Assembly: GCA_040755995.1 (NCBI GenBank)
Contig: JBFMAF010000035.1
Location: forward strand, 1 to 64,000
Source: Acidobacteriota bacterium
GTDB lineage: Bacteria > Acidobacteriota > CAIWXX01
Length of the DNA stretch: 64,000 nucleotides
Reading direction: 5' to 3'
The notes under the pieces are model-generated. The model was not told the DNA's origin and did no database searches. It was given only the letters and a program-made list of their open reading frames with translations. A program made the position numbers and the translations under genes. Below, piece after piece: positions 19,022 through 28,115 of this stretch (the first letter of the stretch is position 1; each line of letters begins with the position of its first letter).

Positions 19022-21472
19022 CTACCTGGTCTCCAGACTCTGATACCAGAGGGGTTTCGCCGGCAGGTCTGCTGGTTTCTCATAAACGAGCTGCTGCCAG
19101 TCGGCGTCGGAAAGGCGTCTGGCCAGAGCGCCGTTGAGCTCATAGTGGTTGAAGGCTACACCAATCACGACGCGTGGAGAATTCTCGTTGCCGACCAGGC
19201 CGAGAATCACGTAGGGCTCGCCGGTAGCTTCATAAAGCACCTGCTGCTTGACGACGTCGGTGTGAATGTCTGCGATCAGCCCCGACCGGAGATCCTTTTC
19301 TTCGAGACATACCTCGCCGTACGGCTTCGCCACAAACGCGAGGTCCTCGATGCGCAGCCTCTCGTAGTCGTCTTCGGTAATGGCCTCGCCACGCAGCTCC
19401 TTCTCGGCCAGGATCGTGTAGAAATCGACGATCTGTTTGAAGCGTTCGAGCGGGCCATATGGGCGCGTTGCGCTCTCCAGAATGCCGTGCCCGGCGAATC
19501 CCTGGAATGTGTAGTCCACCAGCCTCTGGAGCCAGTACCAGAAGCGCAGGTTGGGCTCGACGAACCCCTTGGGCACTGGAGGCGGCTGCTCCTCGTCACC
19601 ACCATCGCCGAACTCCGCGTAGTTCTGCTTCGCGTACAGGAGTGTGTCGTGTTTGAGCTCGGTATAGGAGCCGAGGAACGTCTGGAGCTGCTTCAGCGGA
19701 AACCGAGGTCCCTGCATGTACAAGGGGAATCCCTTGCCAAAGGAACATCGCAGAGTGCCGAGCAGGCCCAGCCAGCTGCTGCCCAGTGACCCGAACCACT
19801 CGGAGTCTTTGACCTTCGAGATATCGGCGGCGACGAGGTCGAGTCGCGTAAGGAACTTCGATACGTCCTCGTCTGTGAAGGCGGCCGTCTTCAAGAATTC
19901 ACCGGACAGATCTCGCGCGGTCGAACAGCCCATCGCGGCTGGTATGAAGAGTGACGTGGGTGTCGATGGCAGCCGCACGTCTGTCTTCTCCTGGCCGGCG
20001 GTGAGCCGGCTGAACACCCAGCCGTCGAAGGTGAAACGCTGGCTGAAGATCCGGAAGGATGTGGACCTTTGCAGAAGCTGATCCTTGGTGCTCCCCAGCA
20101 CGACGGGATCGATGATCACCTCGGAAAGAATTCGCGGTGGGCGCAGCTCGCCCAGGCGGCCCGAGAGCTTCTTCAGCACGGTCTCGTCCAAAGTGTCCCT
20201 CGGCGACAGAGTCTGCATACCGAGCGTCTTCTGCAAGAACTCTCGCCACTCCGGGTAACTGACGTCGTCCGGCTCGCCGGCGAAGAATTGTGTGATCTCC
20301 GCAATCCTTCGCCAATCCTCGACGATGGGTTTGCCGCCTGCACCGGGACTGGAGAGGATGTGGGCAAGCAGCATCGCGTCGGTGAGACCATCGGGATTTG
20401 CGAGAGTGTAGCCGTTGCGACCAAGGTACATCATGGCGCGGAAGTAGGATCGCAGGATGGAGCTCTTCGCGTAATGGCTACGCGGAGTGTACTGCGTATA
20501 GTCGCCCCTGTTGGATCGGTCATAGATCCCGTAGAGAGGCGACTGCGCGACGTCGCTCGCCTCGTAGATGAGCTTTATCTCGCCGGCCACCATCTGCATG
20601 AGCTCGGGCGGAAGCAGCTCCTTCGGGAGGCCCTGGATTGCTTTCTCGAACGTGTCACCGCTGTCCTGGTTCTCCTCCTCCTCGGGCACCGGCATCATCT
20701 CCTCTTCGAGCTCCGGGGCTTCCATGTTTTCTCTGACACTGGCGTCCGGCCACCGGGCGCTCTTCAGAATGACGAGGGGGACAGTGAGCTGCGCGGCGAT
20801 GGTGCCGTAGTGCTCGGCAAGAGTTCCCGAGGAAGCCCGTCTGTACTCGATCGCCTTGTCACGGGCGTTCTGCAGGAAGCGGCGCAGAGTCGGAGCCAGC
20901 TCGCTCTTCTCGACCTCCTCCAGCGAGTTCTCCACGAACTTGTGAAACCCGTGCAGGACGACGTCGGGCGTGACAAATCGCGCGTTCTCCGGCCGGCGGT
21001 CCAGCGGCAGCGAGGACTCGCCGCAGACGGAATCGAAGATCCCGAGCATCTCGTCCCACGGCATCGGCGACGCACAGCCGAGAATGTCAACCTTGCCGCG
21101 AAAGCGAGTTGCGTTCTTCGGTATCAGCAGGAACTTGTTTTCATCGAGAAACTGGCGCTGTGCTAGTGAGAGCTTCACGCCGAGAAACTGCTGGATTTCT
21201 CGGATGTTGATCGCGCCGTCGGAGGTGTTCGCGACGTCGTTCATCTTGGGCTCGATGGTAACCGGTTTCGGCGGCGGGATGGCGGCCAACGATGATCGCT
21301 CGACGTTCACCAGCGTGAGCGGGGGCGGCATCGGCGTCTCTCCGGCGGCCGCAGAGCCGGAGCCGCCGGCGGTGAGCCACGCGACGAGAATCAGGAGGGC
21401 CGGAACGATGCAGAATCGAATAGCGAACCTACGGGAACCGCTGCGCCGGATGCGGCTGCGCGATCCTTTCAT
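19022..21472 (-). CDS. DUF3160 domain exported protein
   Basis: DYTQYTPRSHY, YFRAMMYLGR, QRFTFD, LGSYTELKHDTLLYAKQ, GFVEPN; AGGAGG RBS. Confidence 0.88.
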   Translation of the reverse strand: MKGSRSRIRRSGSRRFAIRFCIVPALLILVAWLTAGGSGSAAAGETPMPPPLTLVNVERSSLAAIPPPKPVTIEPKMNDVANTSDGAINIREIQQFLGVKLSLAQRQFLDENKFLLIPKNATRFRGKVDILGCASPMPWDEMLGIFDSVCGESSLPLDRRPENARFVTPDVVLHGFHKFVENSLEEVEKSELAPTLRRFLQNARDKAIEYRRASSGTLAEHYGTIAAQLTVPLVILKSARWPDASVRENMEAPELEEEMMPVPEEEENQDSGDTFEKAIQGLPKELLPPELMQMVAGEIKLIYEASDVAQSPLYGIYDRSNRGDYTQYTPRSHYAKSSILRSYFRAMMYLGRNGYTLANPDGLTDAMLLAHILSSPGAGGKPIVEDWRRIAEITQFFAGEPDDVSYPEWREFLQKTLGMQTLSPRDTLDETVLKKLSGRLGELRPPRILSEVIIDPVVLGSTKDQLLQRSTSFRIFSQRFTFDGWVFSRLTAGQEKTDVRLPSTPTSLFIPAAMGCSTARDLSGEFLKTAAFTDEDVSKFLTRLDLVAADISKVKDSEWFGSLGSSWLGLLGTLRCSFGKGFPLYMQGPRFPLKQLQTFLGSYTELKHDTLLYAKQNYAEFGDGGDEEQPPPVPKGFVEPNLRFWYWLQRLVDYTFQGFAGHGILESATRPYGPLERFKQIVDFYTILAEKELRGEAITEDDYERLRIEDLAFVAKPYGEVCLEEKDLRSGLIADIHTDVVKQQVLYEATGEPYVILGLVGNENSPRVVIGVAFNHYELNGALARRLSDADWQQLVYEKPADLPAKPLWYQSLETR

Positions 21473-21549
21473 GTAACCTCCTCGGCCCCTCTCGAGGCCT
21501 GAAAAGCAGGAGCATGTTACAGCAGAGACCCGTACGCCGTCGACGTGCG

Positions 21550-22000
21550 CTACTCGTCCTCGTCGAACTTGGGTGGGCCGATGCGGTGGTATTCGCCATC
21601 GAAAATCACGTTCAGCCCGCCGCACTGGAGGTTGTCATCGCTGACGGTCAGGACGGCATGATCGAAGGTCAACGTCAGCCTGCACGCGTACTCGCCGCCC
21701 TCGTCGCTCACGAACTCGACGCGCTTCCCTTTCAAGACAGCAATCCCTTTGAAATCCCCGGTGTGCACGCTGCCCACCTCCACGTTGCCGATCCATGTCG
21801 CGTGCCCCTCCAGCTTCACCCGCCCGTCATTCAACAAGAGCGCATCTATATCCCCGTCCGAGTCCGCGGTCTCCGGCCGTTCGCAAGTGCCGCTGATCGT
21901 ATCCGCGGGATCATTCTCCAGAGCGCTGAAAGGCATCTTTCGCTTTCCGTCGACTGTCGACCACGTCCCTTGCAGGAGGCGTCCGTCAATGACCGTGCCG
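21550..22000 (-). pseudogene. C-terminal fragment of an exported hypothetical protein
   Basis: Frame RGTVIDGRLLQGTW...CGGLNVIFDGEY begins abruptly at ~22000 with no signal peptide or RBS. Confidence 0.45.
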
Positions 22001-22331
22001 CGTATGCATGCACTGCTGCGCCAGCGATAACGGAGAACAGCAGGACAGCCAGGAACGGACCCACAGTACGGCGCAACGCGGATTCGAGCCAGTGACGTTG
22101 GGGGAGTTTCCGAAGGCGCCGATAGAGCCCAATGGAGAGAGCGCCATCTAGCAGGACCTCCGCGAAGGTCGCAGGGGCGGTAGCCACGACGTAGATCGCG
22201 GCGATTGCAGCCGAGAGTACTGCCGCGAGGAGGACCAGAAGCACCACGAGCTCGTCGCCGGAGAGATCAAAGTCGAGATCGACTCCTCCGCCAGACGGCT
22301 GCTGATCGTCGCTTTCCTGTCGGCATATCAA
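22000..22331 (-). pseudogene. Fragment of a conserved hypothetical membrane protein
   Basis: GGGVDLDFD...APATFAEVLLDGALSIGLYRRLR...HWLESALRRT; lacks N-terminus and runs into another gene fragment. Confidence 0.45.
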
Positions 22332-22386
22332 GCGGCTGATTCATCTTACAGGATAGCCCTAACTACCGATCGGGGCTTGCCATGCT

Positions 22387-22806
22387 TCAGTCACCCAGCA
22401 GTTGCCTGCGCGCGTCGGCGATGAGCGCAGCGAGGTGCGCGGCGTCCGATGTAACTCCAGCGGCTTCCGGAGAAATCGGGATCCGGCCTGCGGATGTCGC
22501 ATAGCGGTACGTGGTCGCGTACGGCGTGTACTTGTGGAACAGGGCCAGCTTGGCCTTCCACGGCTCGTCATCGGGCAGCTTGGCAACCAGGACGTCGAGA
22601 TGGTGATCCAGACCAGGCTCGATGTCGTGGTGGAGGAGTAGCACGCGGATGAGTTTCTCGGCGGCCTGCTGGCAATGGTAGGCCGCATAATGGTTGTCGT
22701 GTGCGGCGAGCAGCTCTGCGGCCTCCGTATCCTGATCCGCCAGATAGAGTAGCGCTCTCAGCCGCTCCTTCTTCCTCTCTGAGCCGTGCCTACGCTCGCC
22801 GCTCAT
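22387..22806 (-). CDS. HEPN domain protein (MNT-HEPN pair)
   Basis: AAYHCQQAAEK, DHHL, YATTYRY; overlaps MNT stop. Confidence 0.85.
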   Translation of the reverse strand: MSGERRHGSERKKERLRALLYLADQDTEAAELLAAHDNHYAAYHCQQAAEKLIRVLLLHHDIEPGLDHHLDVLVAKLPDDEPWKAKLALFHKYTPYATTYRYATSAGRIPISPEAAGVTSDAAHLAALIADARRQLLGD

Positions 22807-23146
22807 AGATGCGCTTGCCTCGATGATACGCGGCGCTCGCGAATGTGCCGACTTCGTCCTTGTCTTCCTCGAAGTCAGATCGGGTACAAGGCACCAGATC
22901 CGCTGGCACGCCGAGTCCGCAGGTCAGCTCGAAGGCCTTCATCAGATCCAGGGCCGATTCGGAGGCGTCGTCGGGGAGCACCGCCAGCAGGTCGTAGTCA
23001 CTATCCGGGCGCGCGCGCCCTTCGGCCCGGCTGCCGAAGAGCCAGATCTCCTCGGGCTCCAGGCGCGCCACGATGCGTTCGACCAGGGGAGCAATCGGGA
23101 GGAGATCGATGGGAGCGGCATGGCGGAGTGCGCCCCGAGGCTGCAT
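22790..23146 (-). CDS. Minimal nucleotidyltransferase (MNT)
   Basis: WLFGS-x10-DYD motif; start approximate. Confidence 0.88.
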   Translation of the reverse strand: MQPRGALRHAAPIDLLPIAPLVERIVARLEPEEIWLFGSRAEGRARPDSDYDLLAVLPDDASESALDLMKAFELTCGLGVPADLVPCTRSDFEEDKDEVGTFASAAYHRGKRIYERRA

Positions 23147-23264
23147 CGCTTCCCTGCGACGCCTTTCGTTCGGCTTCCTAGGTCTCGATACCATTGTGTG
23201 GCCTCGACCGACCGTATCCTTGCAGTCATGCTACACGTACGGCCCCCCCGTACGCAAGCGTTTC

Positions 23265-23288
23265 CCTCGCCGCCTCGCCCCCTCGCCC
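23265..23288. repeat. Octamer tandem repeat CCTCGCC(C/G) x3
   Basis: Read directly; a second degenerate octamer run lies at 23390-23421. Confidence 0.55.
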
Positions 23289-23525
23289 CCGGAAGGTTTC
23301 CGAGCCGCTAGTTGATGGTCGGACTAAGCACGAGGACTACGGGCGGGTCCCCCAGATGTGGGGATGCATTGGAGCGGCTTCGCTCGCAATTGGAATGTCG
23401 GAGTGGTGGAACAGTGGACCGGGGGACACGGAGACCCATGCCTGGTTCTCACCCGCGCGCCTCCACACCCGCCACCATGGCACTTCCCGCCGGGCGGCGA
23501 GTGTGGTCCAATAGACGCAGCGCCC

Positions 23526-24731
23526 ATGAGCTCATTCGAGGACCAGAACACTGCGGAGATGAACCCGGGGTCTCCTGTTGAGCCATCGGGGCATACGTTC
23601 GCCCCCGGCGACATGGTTGCCGGGCGCTACAGAATCGTGCGGTTCATCGGCCGCGGGGGTATGGGCGAGGTCTTCGAAGCCGAGGACGCGGTGCTCGGAG
23701 TCCGTGTGGCGCTCAAGGTCATCAGAGGCCAGGCCGCTGCGAAGCCGGGCGCGATCGAGCGGTTCAGGCAGGAAATCCAGCTCGCCAGGCGGGTCACCCA
23801 TCCGAACGTCTGCAGGGTGTACGACATCGGCTACCACGGTACTACCGGCGAAGGCACCGCATCCGGCGGCCTCGTGTTCTTCACCATGGAGCTGCTTCAG
23901 GGCGAAACTCTGGCAGACCGAATCCGCCGATGCGGTGGAATCCCCGAGGCCGATGCGTTCCTCATCATCCGCCAGGTGGCATCGGCCCTGGATGCGGCCC
24001 ACGGCGAAGGCATTATCCACAGGGATCTGAAGCCTGCCAATGTCATACTCGCGCCAGTCTCGACAAGCGGCGGCCACCAGGATGTTCGCGCGGTTGTGAC
24101 CGACTTCGGCATGGCTCGTCTCACCGCCCCCGACGACCCCCATGCTGCGACCGCCGCCACGGCCGGCCTCGTCGCAGGAACACCAGCGTACATGTCGCCC
24201 GAACAGGTCGAGCTCGCGCTTGGAGACGTCGACAGCCTCGCCACCGACACACTCGACAGGCTGCGCCGCAGCCTGGGCACGGACTTCGTGCTCATCGGGT
24301 CGTACCTGCTCATCCCCAGCCCATCAGGCGATCAGTTACGACTGGACCTGCGCCTGCAGGACACGCGCACCGGCGAGACCGTGGTGCCCTCGCCCGAGAC
24401 GGGTGCCGACCCCCAGCTCTTAGATCTCGTTGCGCGCGCGGGCGCAAACCTGAGGGAGAAGCTCGGCACCGAAACGATCGCGCCTGCGCAGGCGAACGCC
24501 GCCCGGGCCCTGAGCCCGACGAGCCCCGCCGCTGTGCGGCTCTACTCTGAGGGCCTCGCGCGACAACGCTCGTTCGACGACCTCGGGGCACGCGACCTGC
24601 TGGAGCAGGCGGTGCGCGCCGAACCGGCGCTGGGCGAGCTCGAGGTGCAGTACGGCGAGAAGTCCGCAGGCCGTGCCAGGCTGCAGGCGATCCAGGTGGA
24701 AGCACGCCAGAGAGGCTTCGGCACGATCTAA
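23526..24731 (+). pseudogene. Ser/Thr kinase-TPR gene with two large in-frame internal deletions
   Basis: GRGGMG, VALK, HRDLKPAN, DFG, GTPAYMSPEQ present; subdomains IX-XI absent; TPR region almost absent. Confidence 0.7.
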
Positions 24732-24852
24732 AAGAAAGCGGGAGCACTAGTCGCGTCATCACGAGTTTCCAAGTGATACGGCATCTGCCGGCGATCGCCA
24801 GCGTCCATGGGGCGGGCTCGATTTGGAATTGCCAATATCGTACCAATCCTTG

Positions 24853-24980
24853 CCTCCGTCTATCCGTTTCGCCGTTTCTCCGTTTCCCCGATTCTCCGTT
24901 TCTCCGTTTCACCGTTTCGCCGTCTCTCCCCGTCTCCGCGTCTCCGTTTCCCCGATTCTCCGGTTCGCCGATTCTCCGTC
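24853..24980 (+). repeat. Octamer tandem array, consensus TCTCCGTT, 16 in-phase units
   Basis: Parsed unit by unit with no indels. Confidence 0.95.
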
Positions 24981-24983
24981 TTC

Positions 24984-25012
24984 TTGACAGCCGCCCTCTG
25001 CATCGGTATCCT
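24984..25012 (+). promoter_or_regulatory. Putative sigma70 promoter
   Basis: TTGACA-17 nt-TATCCT, 3 nt after the octamer array. Confidence 0.7.
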
Positions 25013-25113
25013 TCCGCGTTTGGTTATGAACATGATTTTCGAGCGACTGAGGCGGCAGGGCATTCGTAGTCAGGGAAGCCACAGAGAGCGCATCGCCGGA
25101 GCGGCCGGGGCGC

Positions 25114-27459
25114 ATGAGTAGCACGTCACCCGCCGGCTCGGCTCCGTGGCGCTACTTCCTTGCGCTGTCGCTCGTCAGCGGCACCGCGATGCTGATGGAG
25201 CTCACGCTCACGAAGGTCTTCGCGGTCATGTTCTTCAATCATTTCGCCTTCATCATAATCAGCAATGCGCTCTTCGGTCTTGGGCTGAGCGGTGTGTTCC
25301 TCTCGGTTACGAAGGTGCTGGACCGTTTCGAATTGGATCCGCTGCTTTCGGTGATGAGCTGCCTTCTGGCGATCTCCGAGCTGGCCGCTTTCAAGCTCTT
25401 GATGGTCATTCCTCTCTCTTTCATCCACTTCGGCGAGAGCTGGTTGAACTACCTGTACCTGGTGGCCTACTACCTGGTGATCGCCGTGCCGTTCTTCTTC
25501 GCCGGTCTGATCATCACGTTGCTGCTGGGACGCCGGAGCGACATCGTGAACCGGCTGTACTTTTTCGATCTCATCGGAGCCGGCGCGTCATCGATTGCGC
25601 TGGTGCTGTTGCTTCCGCCGCTCGGCGCTGAGAAGTTGATCCTGTTCGCGGCGGTCGTTGCCGGCATAGCTGCGATTCTGTTCGGAGTACCGCATCGTCG
25701 CATGAGGATTCTGGCGCCGCTTTGCGCCGTCGCAACGATCATCGTGTTCCTGTACTTGCCGGCGTACTTCCAGATGCAGCACTTCGACTGGAAGCGCGGG
25801 TTCGAGGACAGGCTGACGAGGGGCAAGGTGGAGATGACGCGGTGGAGCGCCATATCGAGGATCGACGTGGCGCCCGACATACAGGGCCGCAAGAAGATCT
25901 TCATCGACGGCGGATCATGCGAAGGCATCATGGTGCAGGTCAAGAAGTGCTGCGACGATCTGCAGCCGATACGATCGCGCCTCTCGCTGCCTTTCGAGCT
26001 CCGTCCCTACAGCGACGTGCTCATCGTGGGAAGCTCGGGCGGGCGCGAGGTGCTGATGGCCCTGTCGCACAAAGCGAGCTCGATCACGGCCGTCGAGATC
26101 GACCCGTCGATCAACCAGATCGTGACCGGCCACTACGCCGCCTACATCGGGCGCATCTTCGAGCAGCCTTCTGTCACGCTGGTGACCGACGAGGGGCGCT
26201 CGTACATACGGCGGAGCCGTCGGCAGTACGATCTCATCCAGCAGGTTTACAACACCACGCCCGCTGCGATCGCCTCCGGCGCCATGAACTTCGCCGAAAG
26301 CTACCTGCTGACGAAGGAAGCGGTCGTCGAGTATCTCGATCACCTGACCGACAGCGGGTTGCTCAGCGTCATGCGACCCGGCGCCGCCAAGGTCGCCATT
26401 CTCTGCAGCCAGGCACTGATGGATCGGGGTGTCGAAGACCCCGGGAAGCATCTCATCATGCTCCAGAGCGCCGACGGCGAGCGAGGCTGGGTGCTGATGA
26501 GAAAGACGCCGTTCGTCCCCGAGGACATGCCCAGGGTATACGAGTACGGCGAGCGCGAGAACTATTCGGTTGCGTTTTCTCCGTTCGAGGACAAACCCGA
26601 TCCATTCCTCGCCAGGGCGCTGCGCGCGAAGGCCGGCGACCCGTTCTGGGACATGCAGAAACCGAACTTCACGGCTCCAACCGATAACCAGCCGTTCTTC
26701 GAACGATTCCACCGGCTGTTCGGTGGAGGCGATGGCATGGTGTTCCCCGGTGCGGTCATGATCGCGGACATGCTGAAGTCAGGCCAGAGAAGCGACCGCC
26801 TGCTCTACAGCGTTCTCATCGAGAGCATAGTGCTCAGCACGCTGTTCGTTGTGCTGCCGTTGTACGTCTTCCACCGGCGCGGCCTGAAGACCCGCTACCG
26901 GGGCAGCATACTCGCGTACTTCGCGGGGCTCGGCGCGGCCTTCATCATCATCGAGATCTGCCTGCTCCAGCGGTTCACGCTCTTTCTCGGCTACCCGGTC
27001 TACTCCATCACGTTCACGCTCTGTTCGCTGCTGGTCTTCGCCGGCATCGGGAGCAACTTCGCGGGGCGCTACAAGGACCGCGCGGCGCGGTTCCTGCGCC
27101 TGATCATCCCTCTGTTATTCGCGCTGAATCTGATCGAGATGTTCGTCGCGCCGTACATTTTCCGCGCCTTCATCGGCCATCCCATGTGGGTACGCGGCAC
27201 AGTCTCGGTGATCATGATCGCGCCGCTGGGCTTCTTCATGGGCATGCCCTTCCCGCTCGGTCTGCACCTGGTAACCCGCCGGTCTTCGAAGCTCGTGCCG
27301 TGGGCCTGGGGTGTCAACGGCTACGCCACCGTGATCGGATCCCCGCTCTGCGTCTTCCTCGCCATCTTGATGGGGTTCAAGCTCACGCTGCTCCTGGCGG
27401 GGCTCATCTATCTGTCGCTGGTCCTTGCGGTGCCGCGCCTCGAAGGCGCCGACAGCTGA
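25114..27459 (+). CDS. Spermidine synthase-like SAM-binding membrane protein
   Basis: N- and C-terminal multi-TM regions; VLIVGSSGGREV, AVEID, DEGRSYI, PTDNQPFF, GMPFPLGL, WAWGVNG. Confidence 0.85.
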   Translation: MSSTSPAGSAPWRYFLALSLVSGTAMLMELTLTKVFAVMFFNHFAFIIISNALFGLGLSGVFLSVTKVLDRFELDPLLSVMSCLLAISELAAFKLLMVIPLSFIHFGESWLNYLYLVAYYLVIAVPFFFAGLIITLLLGRRSDIVNRLYFFDLIGAGASSIALVLLLPPLGAEKLILFAAVVAGIAAILFGVPHRRMRILAPLCAVATIIVFLYLPAYFQMQHFDWKRGFEDRLTRGKVEMTRWSAISRIDVAPDIQGRKKIFIDGGSCEGIMVQVKKCCDDLQPIRSRLSLPFELRPYSDVLIVGSSGGREVLMALSHKASSITAVEIDPSINQIVTGHYAAYIGRIFEQPSVTLVTDEGRSYIRRSRRQYDLIQQVYNTTPAAIASGAMNFAESYLLTKEAVVEYLDHLTDSGLLSVMRPGAAKVAILCSQALMDRGVEDPGKHLIMLQSADGERGWVLMRKTPFVPEDMPRVYEYGERENYSVAFSPFEDKPDPFLARALRAKAGDPFWDMQKPNFTAPTDNQPFFERFHRLFGGGDGMVFPGAVMIADMLKSGQRSDRLLYSVLIESIVLSTLFVVLPLYVFHRRGLKTRYRGSILAYFAGLGAAFIIIEICLLQRFTLFLGYPVYSITFTLCSLLVFAGIGSNFAGRYKDRAARFLRLIIPLLFALNLIEMFVAPYIFRAFIGHPMWVRGTVSVIMIAPLGFFMGMPFPLGLHLVTRRSSKLVPWAWGVNGYATVIGSPLCVFLAILMGFKLTLLLAGLIYLSLVLAVPRLEGADS

Positions 27460-27513
27460 GACCCAAGGCCCGCCAGGCACCGATCGTCGACGCGCAGTTC
27501 GGTCGGCGCCTCC

Positions 27514-27541
27514 TCTCCCGTCTTCCGTCTCCCGTCTTCCG
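27514..27541. repeat. Heptamer tandem repeat TCT(T/C)CCG x4
   Basis: Read directly. Confidence 0.8.
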
Positions 27542-27559
27542 TCCGACGGCCGCACCTCG

Positions 27560-27958
27560 CTAGGAGGGCCTGTGGCGCCTCGGGCTTGGGCGCTTGCCCT
27601 CCTGCAGCTGCGCGGCGTACGCGTCGACCATATGGACTATCTCTGAGGCGCGGTTGTAAAGATCGCCGAACTGCTTCTGGTTGACGCACCTCAGGTCGAG
27701 CGCCAGATACAGGTAGCTCTGCAGGCTGCAGGCCGCGCTGATGGCGGAGTGGAGGAAGTTCACGTAGTCCTGCTTCTGGTCGCAGGCCCACCCTTCGGCT
27801 ATGTCTCCCATGATCGCCATGGCCGCGCGCTCGAGCTGCACGGAGAGCTCGTAATGCCGCTTCAGCGGCAGCTCCCCGGTGGCGCTCATGATCAACCGTG
27901 ACAGCTCCCGCGCCCGCTGCCAGAAAATCAGGTCCTCGAATCTGTTCTCAACCAGCAC
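27560..27958 (-). CDS. Four helix bundle protein (23S rRNA-IVP family)
   Basis: RFEDLIFWQRA, QLERAAMAIMGDIAEG, FLHSAISA..ELQSY-like segment (SLQSYLYLALD). Confidence 0.85.
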   Translation of the reverse strand: MLVENRFEDLIFWQRARELSRLIMSATGELPLKRHYELSVQLERAAMAIMGDIAEGWACDQKQDYVNFLHSAISAACSLQSYLYLALDLRCVNQKQFGDLYNRASEIVHMVDAYAAQLQEGKRPSPRRHRPS

Positions 27959-28040
27959 TCCTCCGACCCCCTTTCACAAGATGGCATACTATCATGAACC
28001 TGCCCAGATCTGCGGGTCGTCGCGCGGATCTGGAACTTGA

Positions 28041-28066
28041 CAAAGGCAAAGTGCAAAATGAAATGC
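28041..28066. repeat. Degenerate heptamer repeat (GCAAAAT family)
   Basis: CAAAGG CAAAGTG CAAAATG AAATGC; reverse complement resembles the 62534 array. Confidence 0.5.
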
Positions 28067-28115
28067 CGAGCCGGTGACTTCATTTCGATTGTGCCGATAG
28101 CATAAAATAGGCGGC

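Noticed and set aside
24853..24980. Octamer array as CRISPR, or as the short ORFs listed over it
   Set aside because: No unique spacers; the ORFs are low-complexity translations of the repeat
27560..27958. Four-helix gene as evidence of a DGR or an rRNA intervening sequence
   Set aside because: No reverse transcriptase, TR/VR pair or rRNA nearby
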